Shown: in pieces, positions 10,550 to 22,000 of the stretch
Layout of the letters: every line of letters starts with the position of its first letter
Position numbering within the stretch: the first letter of the stretch is position 1
DNA from: an uncultured Gemmatimonadales bacterium
GTDB taxonomy: Bacteria > Gemmatimonadota > Gemmatimonadetes > Gemmatimonadales > GWC2-71-9
Assembly (NCBI GenBank): GCA_963825815.1
Contig: CAWGVB010000008.1
Span: forward strand, 10,444-74,443
Length of the DNA stretch: 64,000 nt
Reading direction: 5' to 3'
Made by a program: the position numbers and the translations under genes
The notes under the pieces: model-generated
What the model saw: only the letters and a program-made list of their open reading frames with translations
Databases searched by the model: none
What the model was told of the DNA's origin: nothing

Positions 10550-11706
10550 GGCGCAGCTGAAGCACCGGTGAGCGCCCCACGAGCGCGGAGCAGCTTCATG
10601 ACTTCCGGCACCGGCAGGGCTTCAACCGATCCTCGGTTGGATGACACGGTAGTTGCCATGAACAGAGAGTTGTAGATCGCCTCTTCGGTGGCCTCGGCTG
10701 CGGCCTGGAACAACCCAGACATGGCGTCGTTGCCCAGCTCGGGCGTGCTCCGCCGGAGCTCACCCATTCGGCGCCGGACATCCGGGCTGGTCGAGAAGGC
10801 AATCACGTAATCACCCGACCCATTGTCCATGGAGGAGCCGGTTCGGCCTACCCCGATGAGCGCTCGGGTACCGAGCCGACGAAGATTCCGGTCCGAAAGC
10901 GGCGCGTCGGTGGCCACCACAATCATGATGGAGCCTTTCGCCCCCTGCGGCTCGCCCTGTTGCCGTACGCCTCGGCGGTTCAGCCCGCGGCCGATGGGCA
11001 CGCCGAGAATGTGCAGGTCGCCGCCGAAGTTGGATTGAACCAGCACTCCGACCGTCCAGCGGCTGCCCGAATCGGCAACGACTCTGGAGGACGTGCCGAT
11101 CCCGCCCTTCCAGCCAAAGGCCACAGTCCCCGCGCCGGCGCCCACACTCCCCTCCTCCACGACGGTCGAAGTCCGGGTGAGCGCTTGGCGTACATCGTCC
11201 CGGCCGATGGGACGGCTCCTGATGGCGTTGAGCACGTAGCCATCGTTGGTTTCGCCCACCACCGGATTGATCGAGCGCACCTCGCTCATGCCGGGACGCT
11301 CCAACAGGTATTCCACCATCGCGTCCGCGGCCTTCCAGACGCATAAGGTGCAGGTGAGAAGGACGGGCGTCTCCAACTCGCCCAGCTCGTTGACCTGAGT
11401 GCTGCCCAGCAACTTGCCGAATCCATTTCCCACCACGATCGCTGCGGGAACTCGATCCAGAAAGAGATTGCCTGGATGAGGAAGGATCGCGGTGACGCCC
11501 GTGTGCACTGAGTCCCCCCGCACCACAGTCGTCTGACCCACCCGGACTCCCGCAACGTCGGTTATGGCATTGCCGGCTCCGGGGTCGAGAGTTCCCGGAG
11601 TCACCCCGAGCGCCCGGGCCCGAGCGTGCGGCGGAGGTGAGCCTTGGGCGACCCCGCGGATCGGCAGCAACAGCAGCAGTGTGGTGAGAACCTGGGTGGA
11701 GATCAT
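10546..11706 (-). CDS. P1/S58 family peptidase (DmpA-like aminopeptidase)
   Basis: Intact 386-aa ORF with a signal peptide and GSVGAGAGTVAFGWKGGIGTSSR (autoprocessing region). Confidence 0.85.
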   Translation of the reverse strand: MISTQVLTTLLLLLPIRGVAQGSPPPHARARALGVTPGTLDPGAGNAITDVAGVRVGQTTVVRGDSVHTGVTAILPHPGNLFLDRVPAAIVVGNGFGKLLGSTQVNELGELETPVLLTCTLCVWKAADAMVEYLLERPGMSEVRSINPVVGETNDGYVLNAIRSRPIGRDDVRQALTRTSTVVEEGSVGAGAGTVAFGWKGGIGTSSRVVADSGSRWTVGVLVQSNFGGDLHILGVPIGRGLNRRGVRQQGEPQGAKGSIMIVVATDAPLSDRNLRRLGTRALIGVGRTGSSMDNGSGDYVIAFSTSPDVRRRMGELRRSTPELGNDAMSGLFQAAAEATEEAIYNSLFMATTVSSNRGSVEALPVPEVMKLLRARGALTGASAAP

Positions 11707-12290
11707 GGATGGGATTGAGACTCCCGCAGGCCCAGCGCCACCTCGAGCCGGTCGATGAACTCCACCTGGGCGGGATTGATCTTTTCCCTAGCCTGTGCCG
11801 GGCGGAACCAGGCGCAGCGATCTACTTCGGGAAAGGTGAGCCAGCGGCCCGAGCCGCGGGGCCACTCGGTTTTCATGGTGTTGCTGGTGACTCGAGTCGG
11901 ATCGGCCTCACCTTCCCAGGCCCAGGCGTGCACGATCTTGCCGGCTTTCTGCCGCACGGCACCCAGGGAGATAAACGGCCCTTCAGGGCGGATACCGGTT
12001 TCCTCCTGAAACTCTCGCTGTGCCGTGGCGAGCAAATCCTCCCCCGCCTCGGCCACGCCTTTGGGTAAGGTCCAGGCCCCCGCATCCCGGGCCTTCCAGA
12101 AGGGACCGCCCGGGTGAGCCAGGAAAATTTCCAGACCGAGTGTCGGTCGTCGAAAGAGCAGGAGTCCCGCGCTGGGGGAGGAGATCTTCAGGGCTGCACT
12201 CTCGAAGCGCAGAAATAGCCGGCAGGATCCGGCAGAATGCGTTTGGTCCCCTCGTCCTGGGCTACCTCCCAGCCAGGCTCGGCCTTCCAC
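11703..12290 (-). CDS. NUDIX hydrolase
   Basis: NUDIX box GVAEAGEDLLATAQREFQEETGI. The true start is probably near 12190 (..KISSPSAGLLLFRR..) but has no canonical start codon there. The ATG at 12290 would overlap the upstream gene by ~100 nt. Confidence 0.7.
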   Translation of the reverse strand: MEGRAWLGGSPGRGDQTHSAGSCRLFLRFESAALKISSPSAGLLLFRRPTLGLEIFLAHPGGPFWKARDAGAWTLPKGVAEAGEDLLATAQREFQEETGIRPEGPFISLGAVRQKAGKIVHAWAWEGEADPTRVTSNTMKTEWPRGSGRWLTFPEVDRCAWFRPAQAREKINPAQVEFIDRLEVALGLRESQSHP

Positions 12291-12764
12291 CAGCCCCAGA
12301 ATCCTTCTTTGCCCACCGCCGTGATCATGAGATGTTCGGCGTGGGAGTCGGCGCCGCCTGCTTCACCGAGCCGAAGATGATCGCCCGCCAGCACGGCGCC
12401 GGGATGAGCCGGGTCTTTGGAGCTTGCGTTGGGGCGCCAGGTGGTATCGCCTTGTTCGGTCTCCAGCCAGCCAACCAGATCCCGCACCGCGCCGCCCACG
12501 GCATGGGAGCGGGCCACGGAATCGAGCGGGACCAGGTGCAGCCGTCCGATGCTGGTTTGCCCCGCCGCAGGCTGCGTCTGTACTTGAATCAATTCGTAGT
12601 CACCCGCCAGACCAAAGGCTCGGGCCGTGATCGGATGCTGGGCCGTTACGGGGACGGCAGGTCCACACCGCTCCGGGGCGGCAGCGGGAGGACCGCCCTG
12701 AGTGACAGCCCAGGAGGCAACTACTCAGCGCAACCAGCTGTAGGAGGCGCGACGGTGGTTCCAC
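12188..12764 (-). pseudogene. hypothetical lipoprotein, one frame break near 12705
   Basis: A GTG at 12764 gives VEPPSRLLQLVALSSCLLGC (lipobox). After a 1-nt shift, sense joins ORF 12188..12592. I recognise no family. Confidence 0.35.
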
Positions 12765-13037
12765 GGTCAGCCTTGGGCTGAAGTCGGAGCCAAGGTTTTG
12801 GGGGCCTGCTGACGAGATCCCATCCCGGCCAGGATGGAACCAAAACGAACGTACGAGGATTGAGAGTTATTGGCCATAGCCGAAACAATGGCCCACAGCC
12901 CAAAACAGTGGTAGGCTTAGAGACGATTCCTTCGACCGAAACCATCATGAGCACTCGACGTCTGCTGGGCCGCCGGCCCTCGACACCTGTCCGCACCACC
13001 GCATCACGCCCCGGCCAAAGTCTGCCCGACCGAGCTG

Positions 13038-14628
13038 TTGGGTCAGACCTGCCGCCGGGTCGGCATCGTCAGCATCGTGTTTGCGTCACTGTGGGTCATC
13101 ACGCTCCTCCTGAACAATGTCGTGGCCGGCTGGCTGGGCCAGATGGCGTTCATGCAGGCGCTCTGGCCCTTTCCCGGCAATCTGGTCGCCACGATCGGGG
13201 TCGCCAGCTCTCTCGCGATGACCTGGCTGGCTCATCGTTTGAGTGGCAAACCGAAGCTGCTGGATGTGGGCGCCGGATTTCTGGTCCTCCAATGTCTGCT
13301 GATTGCGATTCTGAGCCAGTGGGCGGCAGTTCCCATCTCGCCCCGAGTGTCCTGGGTTTGCATCCCGATTCTGTTCTATCCCGCCATCGTCCCGAACACG
13401 CCGAGGAGGACGTTGATCACGTCCTTACTCGCTGCTTCGACCGAGCCGGTTGCGCTGGGGCTGAGCCACCTTCGGGGGGCCCAAGTTCATCTCAACGCAT
13501 TCTACATCCTGTGGGACTTCCTCCCCACCTACATCTGCGCCTTTCTCGTGGTCATCCCGGTCAAGATCATTCACGGCCTGGGCCAGCAGGTGCGACGGGC
13601 TCGGGAGCTGGGGAGCTACCGGCTGGAGGAGCCGCTGGGCAAGGGCGGAATGGGCGAGGTCTACCGGGCCACGCATCAGATGCTCGCCCGGCCGGCGGCG
13701 GTCAAGCTCATCCGCTCGGAGCTGATCGGGTCGAGCTCGCCCAGCGCGGCGAGAGTCATCATCGAGCGATTCCGGCGGGAAGCGGAAGCCGCTGCCTCAC
13801 TCCGCTCTCCGCACACCATCAATCTCTACGACTTCGGCGTCTCTCAAGACGGCACCTTCTTTCTCGTCATGGAGCTCCTCGATGGTCTCGACCTGGAGAC
13901 GCTGATCGAGCGATACGGCCCGGTACCGGCGGAGCGGGCGGTGCATCTGCTGCGGCAGGCCTGTGAGTCGCTGGCCGAAGCCCACACGCGAGGCCTGGTC
14001 CACCGAGACATAAAGCCATCGAACATTTTTACCTGCCGGATGGGGCTGGATGTGGACTTCGTGAAGGTTCTCGACTTCGGGCTGGTCAAGGCCATGGGAG
14101 AAGGAGACCGGGAAGTCCACGATGCTCACCGAGCCCGACAGCACCACCGGCACGCCGGCCTACATCGCGCCCGAGGTGATTCGGGGCGATCGGGTGCCGG
14201 ACCACAGGGTGGACATTTATACCCTGGGTTGCGTGGGCTACTGGCTCCTGACCGGCCGGATGGTGTTCCAGGCCCCCAACGCCATTCAGCTCATGTATCA
14301 GCACGCCAACGCAACACCGATTGCGCCTTCCCAGCGGAGCGAGCTGGAGGTGCCGGCAGATCTGGACCGCATCATTCTGTCCTGCCTGGCCAAACTGCCC
14401 GAAGACCGTCCCCAGTCGGCCCACGAGCTTTCCCGGTTGCTGGCCGCGTCGGCCGCGGGCAACGGGTGGACCGAAGAGCGGGCCCACCGCTGGTGGGACC
14501 GGCATCATCCCGCTGCCGCCGGCCTCCGGTCCGCGGAAGTGCGGCAGCAGGTGCTCACCAAGACCATGGACCTGGAGTGGGAGCCGGTGACCACCCCGGC
14601 ACCGGGGCTGGGCTCGGCCGCCTCTTGA
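13038..14628 (+). pseudogene. Ser/Thr protein kinase with N-terminal polytopic membrane domain, one frame break near 14115
   Basis: ORF 13038..14690 starts with ~190 aa of predicted TM helices. It continues with GKGGMGEVYRA, AVK, HRDIKPSNIF and VLDFGL. Sense then continues in ORF 14122..14628 (GTPAYIAPE..DIYTLGCVGYWLLTG). Confidence 0.8.
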
Positions 14629-14686
14629 CGCTCTCCCTACCTGCTGACGTATTCCATGACAGCCGGACGCCTGGCCGCCAGAGGCT

Positions 14687-16111
14687 ATGATCCGGCCGGG
14701 CCCGCTGGATCGCGCCCTTCGCCTCTTTGCCGACGTTCAGCGCGGGCGAAGGCGGAACCGCGATCCTGCTCGCCCTCAACGTCTTCCTCCTCTTCTGCGC
14801 CTACTACTTCATCAAACCGATCCGCGAAGCGCTGATTCTGTCCGGCGAGGGAGCAGAGGTGAAGTCGTACGCCGCCGCCGGGCAGGCGCTGCTGCTTCTG
14901 ATCCTGGTGCCTGCGTACGGAGCTGCTGGCGGACCGCTTGCCCCGCCGCGGCTCTGCTCAACGCAGTCACGGCCTTCTTCGTGGTCTGCCTGATTGGGTT
15001 CTATGGTCTCACCCATGCCGATGTCTCCATTGGGGTGGTGTTCTTCCTCTGGGTTGGCGTGTTCAATCTGATGATCGTGGCTCAGTTCTGGTCCTTTGCC
15101 AACGACATCTACACCAAGGAACAGGGCGAGCGGCTGTTCGCCATCGTCGCCTTCGGCGGATCGACTCGGAGCGGTGGTGGCCAGTGTCTTGGCCAGCCAG
15201 CTCATTCCGCTGATCGGGGTTCCCCAGCTCCTGCTGGTGGCAGCCGGGCTCCTGCTGGCCGCGCGGTTGATCAGCAACCTGGTCGACGCCCGGGAGCGGG
15301 CCCGGCACGAAACCCATCTGCCGGTGCACCTCACCACGGCGGAGATCCCGGCGGCTACCGGTGAATACCAGATCGAGATGGTCGAGGACGTAAAGAAGCT
15401 GACCGTGTCGCTGCCCGGGACCGGCCCGGTTGGTCGCAAGGGGACCTTCCGCCTCGTCTTCGAAGACCGGTATCTCCTGCTGATTGCCTTTCTGGCCCTG
15501 GTTCTCAACTGGGTGAACACCACGGGGGAATACATCCTGGGCCGGACGGTGGAAGGAGCGGCTCAGGCCGCGGTGGCTGCGGGAACTGCCGGGGGACTCT
15601 CGGTCCCGGAGTACATCGGTGCGTTCTACTCCGACTTTTTCTTTGCCGTGAATCTGGTCGGGCTCACGGTCCAGCTCTTTCTGGTGTCACGGTTGCTGAA
15701 ATACTTCGGGGTCCGGGTGGCCGTCATGGTTCTCCCGATCATCGCGCTTATCGGCTACGCCGTCCTGGCGTTCGTCCCGATTCTCTCGCTGGTCCGAGTG
15801 GTGAAGATCGCGGAAAACGCCACCGACTACTCGGTGCAGAACACCGTGCGCAACGTGCTCTTCCTCCCCACCAGCCGCGAGCAGAAGTACAAGGCCAAAC
15901 AGGCAATCGATTCATTTTTCGTGCGGGGTGGCGACGTGCTTTCCGCCGCTGCTCGTCTATGTCGGGCACCACGATGGCTCGGCGCTCGGCCGCGACCGGT
16001 TTTGCCCGGGTAAACCTGGTGCTGGCGGTCGTGTGGCTGCTCATCGCCGTGGCGATCGGCCGCGAGTATGGACGCAAGTCGAGAGCGCAGCAGACCAGCG
16101 CGCGCTGGTGA
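14687..16111 (+). pseudogene. TLC/Npt1-like (ATP:ADP antiporter family-like) MFS-type transporter, about 5-6 frame breaks
   Basis: I stitched it from ORFs 14687, 14727 (AILLALNVFLLFCAYYFIKPIREALIL), 14687 again (..VAQFWSFANDIYTKEQGERLF..), 15096 and two short frames. It ends ..LLIAVAIGREYGRKSRAQQTSARW* (TGA at 16109-16111). Confidence 0.6.
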
Positions 16112-16155
16112 CCCGACTCTGGTCCTGGTTCTTCGTCAGGTCTGGCTTCGGCTGC

Positions 16156-17249
16156 ATGCGCCGGCTCGCCACCAGCCTCAGCCCCGGTTCCGGAGATCTC
16201 GCCGCAGCAGATTGCCACCCGGATCTATCTCATGGGAGATGCGGGAGCCCCCCGGGCCGGCGGAGAGCCGGTTCTCGAGGCGTTGAGCCGAGAGCTTGCC
16301 GTGCAGCGGGTGGAGACCGTCGTCGTCTTCCTGGGCGACAACGTCTACCCCAAAGGTCTGCCCGAACCCCAGGATCCGGAACGGGCCGAAGCAGAGCGCC
16401 GCCTCCGGGCCCAGCTCCAGGTTGTGGAGCGGGCCGGCGTCAAAGGCTACTTCGTTCTGGGAAATCACGATTGGGACCGGTTCGGGAAGGGTGGCTGGGA
16501 GGCAGCCCTCCGGCAGGAGCGCTACATCGACTCCGTGGGCCGTGGATACGCCACGCTCAAACCGGGAGGAGGTTGTCCTGGACCCAGCATAGTCGATATT
16601 GGCACCCGGGTTCGGCTGCTGTTGCTCGACACTCAATGGTGGCTCCATGGAGCCGCCAAGCCGATGGACCCAACCTCGAGCTGCCCGACGGACAGCGAGC
16701 AGGAGATCGTGGACTCGCTCCGCAGCGCCCTCCAGAATGCCGGACCCCGAATGACGCTGGTTGCGGCCCACCACCCGCTGTCCAGTGGCGGTCCCCACGG
16801 CGGGTACTTCGGATGGGAGGACCACATCTTTCCGCTCCGCCTGGTAGTGCCCTGGTTGTGGCTCCCCCTGCCCTTCATCGGATCGCTGTATCCCTCAGCG
16901 CGACAACACGGCCTTTCCAGCCAGGACATGTCGTCTCGGGCCTATCAGCGGCTCATTGCCGCCTTCCGGCGGGCGTTCTCCGGCCAGGCCTCCAGACCTG
17001 TACGCCGCGGGACATGAACACAACCTCGAGGTCATTGCCGGCGGTCCGGTCCCGCTGCAGCTGGTGAGCGGCGGCGGGATCTACCAGCACACCGACAAAG
17101 CGGCCAACATTCGGGGAACCCTGTTCGCGAAGGAGGCCAGCGGCTTCGCTCGACTGGATGTGCCGTCTGCCGGGCCGGCCCGACTCGCGGTGCTCACAGT
17201 GACGGCCGACGGCCAGAGTCACGAGGTCTTTTCCACCTGGGTTAAGTGA
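16156..17249 (+). pseudogene. calcineurin-like metallophosphoesterase, frame breaks near 16185 (inferred) and 16990
   Basis: Motifs IYLMGDAG, FLGDNVYPKG, VLGNHDW and AAHHPL lie in ORF 16232..17017. AAGHEHNLEV continues in ORF 16956..17249. The N-terminus is uncertain. Confidence 0.7.
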
Positions 17250-17253
17250 GCTG

Positions 17254-19810
17254 ATGCAACACTGCCGCGTGCTGTTCCTGAGCTTTACGGCCGCCCTGAT
17301 CGGCTCGACCGCAGTCGCTCAGAGCCATTCCCCGAGAGACACGCTGGTTGCAGCCGGGCCCCAGTACCGCGCGAGCGGCCTCCACGAGCTCATGCTCGGC
17401 CGCGAGTACCGATCGCTGTGGACCACGCCGATCACGGTCCCGGTCCTCGATCTTGGCAGCTTTGCCGGAGGGCTCCGCCCGGTCTCGAAAGGCGGTGGTT
17501 TCCAGACCAAGTCGCTGCTGCTGGCCGGCGCGGATGGTCGCGAGTTTTTCTTCCGGTCGGTCGACAAGGACCCCTCAGCCACATTGCCGCTCGAGCTCCG
17601 GCCCACCGTGGCCGGAAGCGTGGTGCGCGACCAGACCAGCTCCGCCTTTCCCACCGCTCCACTCGTGGTGGATCGGCTGCTCCGGGCCGCCAAGATTCCG
17701 CACGGGCCGGCCCGCCTGTACGTGCTGCCCCGAAGGATCAGCGGCTGGGTCAGTTCGAGGCCCAGTTTGCCGGGCTCATGGGGTTTCTGGAGGATCGGAT
17801 TGGCGGTTCGAGCGGTCCGGCAGCAAAGTGGGGCGGCGCCACCGAGATCATCGGCAGCGACAGTCTGTTTGCCCGCACCGGCCGCAGCCCGGATGACCGG
17901 GTGGATGCCCGGGCTCTGCTCAAGGCGCGGCTCTTCGACGTGCTGATTGGCGACTGGGATCGCCACTCCGACCAGTGGGTCTGGGCCCGGTTCAGCGACA
18001 GCGTTCCCCGGGTCTGGGTACCGATTCCTCGCGACCGGGACCAGGCCTTCGCCAAATACGATGGGCTGCTCCTCTCGGTGGCACGGACCAGTTCTCCCAT
18101 ACTCATCAATTTCGGGCCCAAGTATCCCTACCTCCCGGGCGCCACCTGGAACGGCCGCGATCTCGACCGCCGGTTCCTGGTTGAGCTCGAATGGCCGGAG
18201 TGGGAATCGGCAGTTATTGCCCTGCAGACCAGTCTGACCGACTCGGTCATTGCCGATGCCGTGCGGGCGCTTCCCGCCGAGCACCGAGCGATCAAGGGCG
18301 AGGCTCTCAGCAAGGCGCTGCGTCAGAGGCGCGATGACCTGCCCAAGGCGGCGGAGAAGTACTATCGCCTGCTCGGAGAGCAGGTCGACGTCCATGCAAC
18401 CGCAGCAACCGGACCAGGCGCGTTTCACTCGAGTCAGCAAAGACACGGCTGAGCTCACGCTGTCGCGATCTGACGGAAGAGGCTCCTCCACTCCGTACTA
18501 CCGGCGCCGGTTCGACTCCCGCACCACCAAGGAGGTTCGGGTTTACCTCGGCGCGGGAGACGACCGGCTCGTGGCGAATGGTCCCGCCACAGGAGGGCCG
18601 CAACTCAGAGCGCTGGGAGAGGAAGGACGAGATGTGCTGGTGGACTCGAGTCCGGTCGAAGCGGGAGAAATTCTATGATGACAGCACCGGACCGTCCCAC
18701 ACCGAGGGCTACGACAGCAAGATCGACCGTCGCCCAGATATCGCCCCTCCTCGCGACAAGAAGGAGCTGCCGCCCAGGGACTGGGGGCAACGCTGGATCC
18801 CTTACACCTGGGCAAGCTACGGACCGGACATTGGGCTGTTCATCGGTGGCGGACGCATCCTCACCGTCTACGGTTTTCGAAAGTATCCCTACTCGAGCCG
18901 GCACCGCTTTCTCGCCGGCATAGCGACCGGCCCCTGGACGTACCGGCTGGACTACCACGGCGATTTCCGGCGGGAGGACTCCAGAACCTATTTCGACTTG
19001 CGCGCCCGCGCGTCCGGAGTGGAGGTCATCAGCTTCCATGGTTTCGGCAACGAGATTCCAGCTCCGGGCGATAACGAGTTCTATCGAGTCACCCAGGACG
19101 CGTACGGCATTCAGCCTTCGATTGCACTTTCGATCGGGCCGCACTCGGAGGTGCAGGTGGGTCCGCTCCTGAAGTACGCGTCCACCGACAACCATCCGGA
19201 TCGATTCCTCGCCACCCTGGGCGATCTCTATGGCACCGGAAACTTCGGCGAGCTCGGTGGGAGGCTTACGCTCCGGCACGACACCCGCGATCGAGAGCAA
19301 GCGGCGCAACGGGGTTTGTACCTCGAGCTGACCGGGACCTTGTACCCGGCTCTGTGGGACGTGGACAGTGTCTTCGGCGAGGTGCACGGTGAGGCCCGGA
19401 CTTTTCTCACTGCCCATGCGCCGCTCGACCCCACCCTCGCGCTCCGGGTAGGCGGCAAGAAGGTCTGGGGGCAGTATCCGTTTTTCGAGTCCGCGTTCAT
19501 CGGCGGCGCCTCGACCGTGCGGCTGGGCACAGTGAATCGCTACGCCGGCGACGCCTCGGCTTATGGCTCGGCCGAGCTGCGGCTGGCCCTGGCCCGCTTC
19601 GAGTTGATTCTTCCTACCCAGCTCGGCGTCTTTGGACTGGCCGACGTGGGCCGGGTCTACCTCGCGGGCGAGAGCTCCGACACCTGGCATTCCGCGTTTG
19701 GCGGCGGGCTCTCACTTTCATACCTGCAGCGGGCCTACACCTTCTCGGTCGCGCTGGCGGCGGGGGACGAACGAACCGCCGTCTATGTCCAGGCCGGCTT
19801 CGGATTCTGA
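17254..19810 (+). pseudogene. outer-membrane protein, N-terminal soluble domain plus Omp85/surface-antigen-like beta-barrel, about 3 frame breaks
   Basis: Signal peptide MQHCRVLFLSFTAALIGSTAVAQS. I stitched it across ORFs 17254, 17418, 18250 and 18578. The C-terminus ..ERTAVYVQAGFGF has the terminal Phe typical of beta-barrel OMPs. Confidence 0.7.
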
Positions 19811-21991
19811 CGCGCAAGCCGCGTCGGCTGCCGCGCTGGCGGCAACCCTCATCATTACCCTCCAGCTCGCCGGGAAGGCTACTCGCGACGCGCTCTTCCT
19901 CTCGAGCTTCGGCGTAGCAGCACTGCCGGCGATCGTCATCGCCGCCGCCGCCCTTTCCGGAATTCTTGGCGATCCTGATTGCCGGGGTCATGGCGCGGAC
20001 CCAGCCGGCTCGTCTGGTCCCCCGATTGTATGCTCTGAGCGCAGCCCTGCTGCTGGCGGAATGGGCCCTGGTCGGCTCGGCCCGAAGGGCTGCTGCCGTT
20101 CTGGTCTATCTCCACTTCACCGCGATCGGTGCGATCCTGGTCTCCGGATTCTGGGCCATCATCAATGAACGGTTCGACCCCAGAACCGCGCGCCGCACCA
20201 TTGGGCGGATCACTGCCGGCGGTTCCATCGGAGGACTGCTGGGCGGGCTGCTGCCCGAGCGAGTCGGATCCGTGCTGTCGCTGAACGCCATGCTCCCGGT
20301 GCTCGCCGTCCTGCACCTGCTCGCCTCCGTACTGGTGATGAGAATGGGGCGCGGTGCACCTCCGCAGCTGTCGGCGGGTGAGGGAGCCGAAACCGAACCG
20401 CTGATGAGCGGTGGGAGGGTGCTGCGCGGCTCACCCTACCTCCTGGGAATCGCGTTGCTGGTCACGCTCACGTCCTCGGCCGAGGGGGTTCTCGACTACG
20501 TGTTCAAGGCCCGAGCGAGTGCAGCTACGACCAGCGGAGAGCAGCTGCTTCGATTCTTTGCGGCCTTCTACACAGCCACGGCGCTCATCGGGATTTTCAT
20601 TCAGGTCACCGCGCTGCGGCCCTTGCTGGGAAGACTCGGCGTCGCCCGCAGCGCATCGCTCCTGCCGGCTGGCGTGAGTCTCGGCGCAGTGGGAGCCCTG
20701 CTGGCGCCCGGTGTGCTGCCCATTGCCCTGGCCCGCGGCGCCGAAGTGGTCCTCCGAAGCTCGGTGTTTCGCGGGGCATACGAGCTGCTCTTTACTCCGG
20801 TTGCGCCATTGGAAAAGCGGGCCACCAAGCTGTTGCTGGATGTTGGCGCGGCGCGAGTGGGAGATATCCTGGGTGCCGGACTGATTCTGGGCGCGCTGGC
20901 GCTGAACAGCGGTGGGGCGGGACGGCTGCTATTGGGTCTGGTCGTCCTGCTGTCCGCTTTGGCCCTCGCCGTCGCTCGCCGGCTTCACCTCGGCTACGTC
21001 GGGGCGCTCGAGGGAAGCATCCATCGCCAGGCGGGACCGCTCCCGGACCAGACCGACGATGACGCCGCGGCCTGGCTGCAAACCGTTGGCGGGTTCGATC
21101 TGAGCGGGATCCGGTCCCGCCTGGCCATCCCGACCGACTCAGGCCATGTCGCAGAGCCATCGGTCCGACGAGCCGCTCCAGCGGTCATCGAAACACCGCT
21201 GGATCAGGCGATCCACCATGGCAATGCCGAAGAGGTGAACCAGGCTCTGGCCGGAACCACTCCGGCAGCCGACCAGGTCGGAAATATCATCGAGCTTCTG
21301 GCGTGGGACGCGGTGGCTCCGGCGGCCATCGTGTCACTGCGCCGAGTGGCTTCATCTGACACCGACCTTCTGCTTCGGCGACTGCTGGACCCGGACGAAG
21401 ACTTTGCCATCAGACGAAGGCTGGTCAACGTCCTCGCCGGCACGCAAAGCCCGAGGGCCTTCAACGGACTTCTCCAGGCGTTGAATGACCGCCGCTTCGA
21501 GGTGCGCTACCGGGCCGGACGCGCGCTCGAGCCGTATGGCCGGTGAGATCCGGAATGCTTCAGTGGACCGGGCCTATATTCTCGGCGTAATCGAGAAGGA
21601 AATAGGAGTGGAACGCGGTGTGTGGGAGAGCCGGCAGCTGATCGACTCGGCGGAAGAGGAGCGGTCTCCGATGGAAGTCGAGGTGCTGCGGGATCGGGTC
21701 AGCCGCAGTCTGGAGCACCTCTTCACGCTGTTGTCGCTCATTCTGCCGCGAGAGACTCTGCGACTGGCTTTTCACGCTTTGCACACCGACGACTCCTATC
21801 TCCGTGGTACTGCGCTGGAGTACCTGGAGACGGTGCTTCCCGGATCGGTGTGGAACAAACTCCTGCCCTTGCTGGAACGGGGAGACGAGTCCGCTTCAAA
21901 ACCCAGGGGCTCGGGGCGCGCTCTAGAGGATCTCCTGGCCTCGAGAGAGTCGATCAGCCTGGCACTGGCCGAGGCCCGGCGGCGGCAGTGA
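19785..21991 (+). pseudogene. TLC/MFS-like transporter fused to C-terminal HEAT-repeat domain, about 2 frame breaks
   Basis: ATG 19785 (MSRPASDSDAQ..LQLAGKATRDALFLSSFG) leads into ORF 19966..21546 (12-TM-like body, then ..LNDRRFEVRYRAGRAL..). Sense continues in ORF 21485..21991. Confidence 0.6.
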
Positions 21992-22000
21992 CGATCCCGG

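Noticed and set aside
17319-19690. Two long minus-strand ORFs (17319..18491 and 18605..19690)
   Set aside because: They are antisense to the Omp85-like OMP gene, whose stitched product has a signal peptide and a C-terminal Phe.
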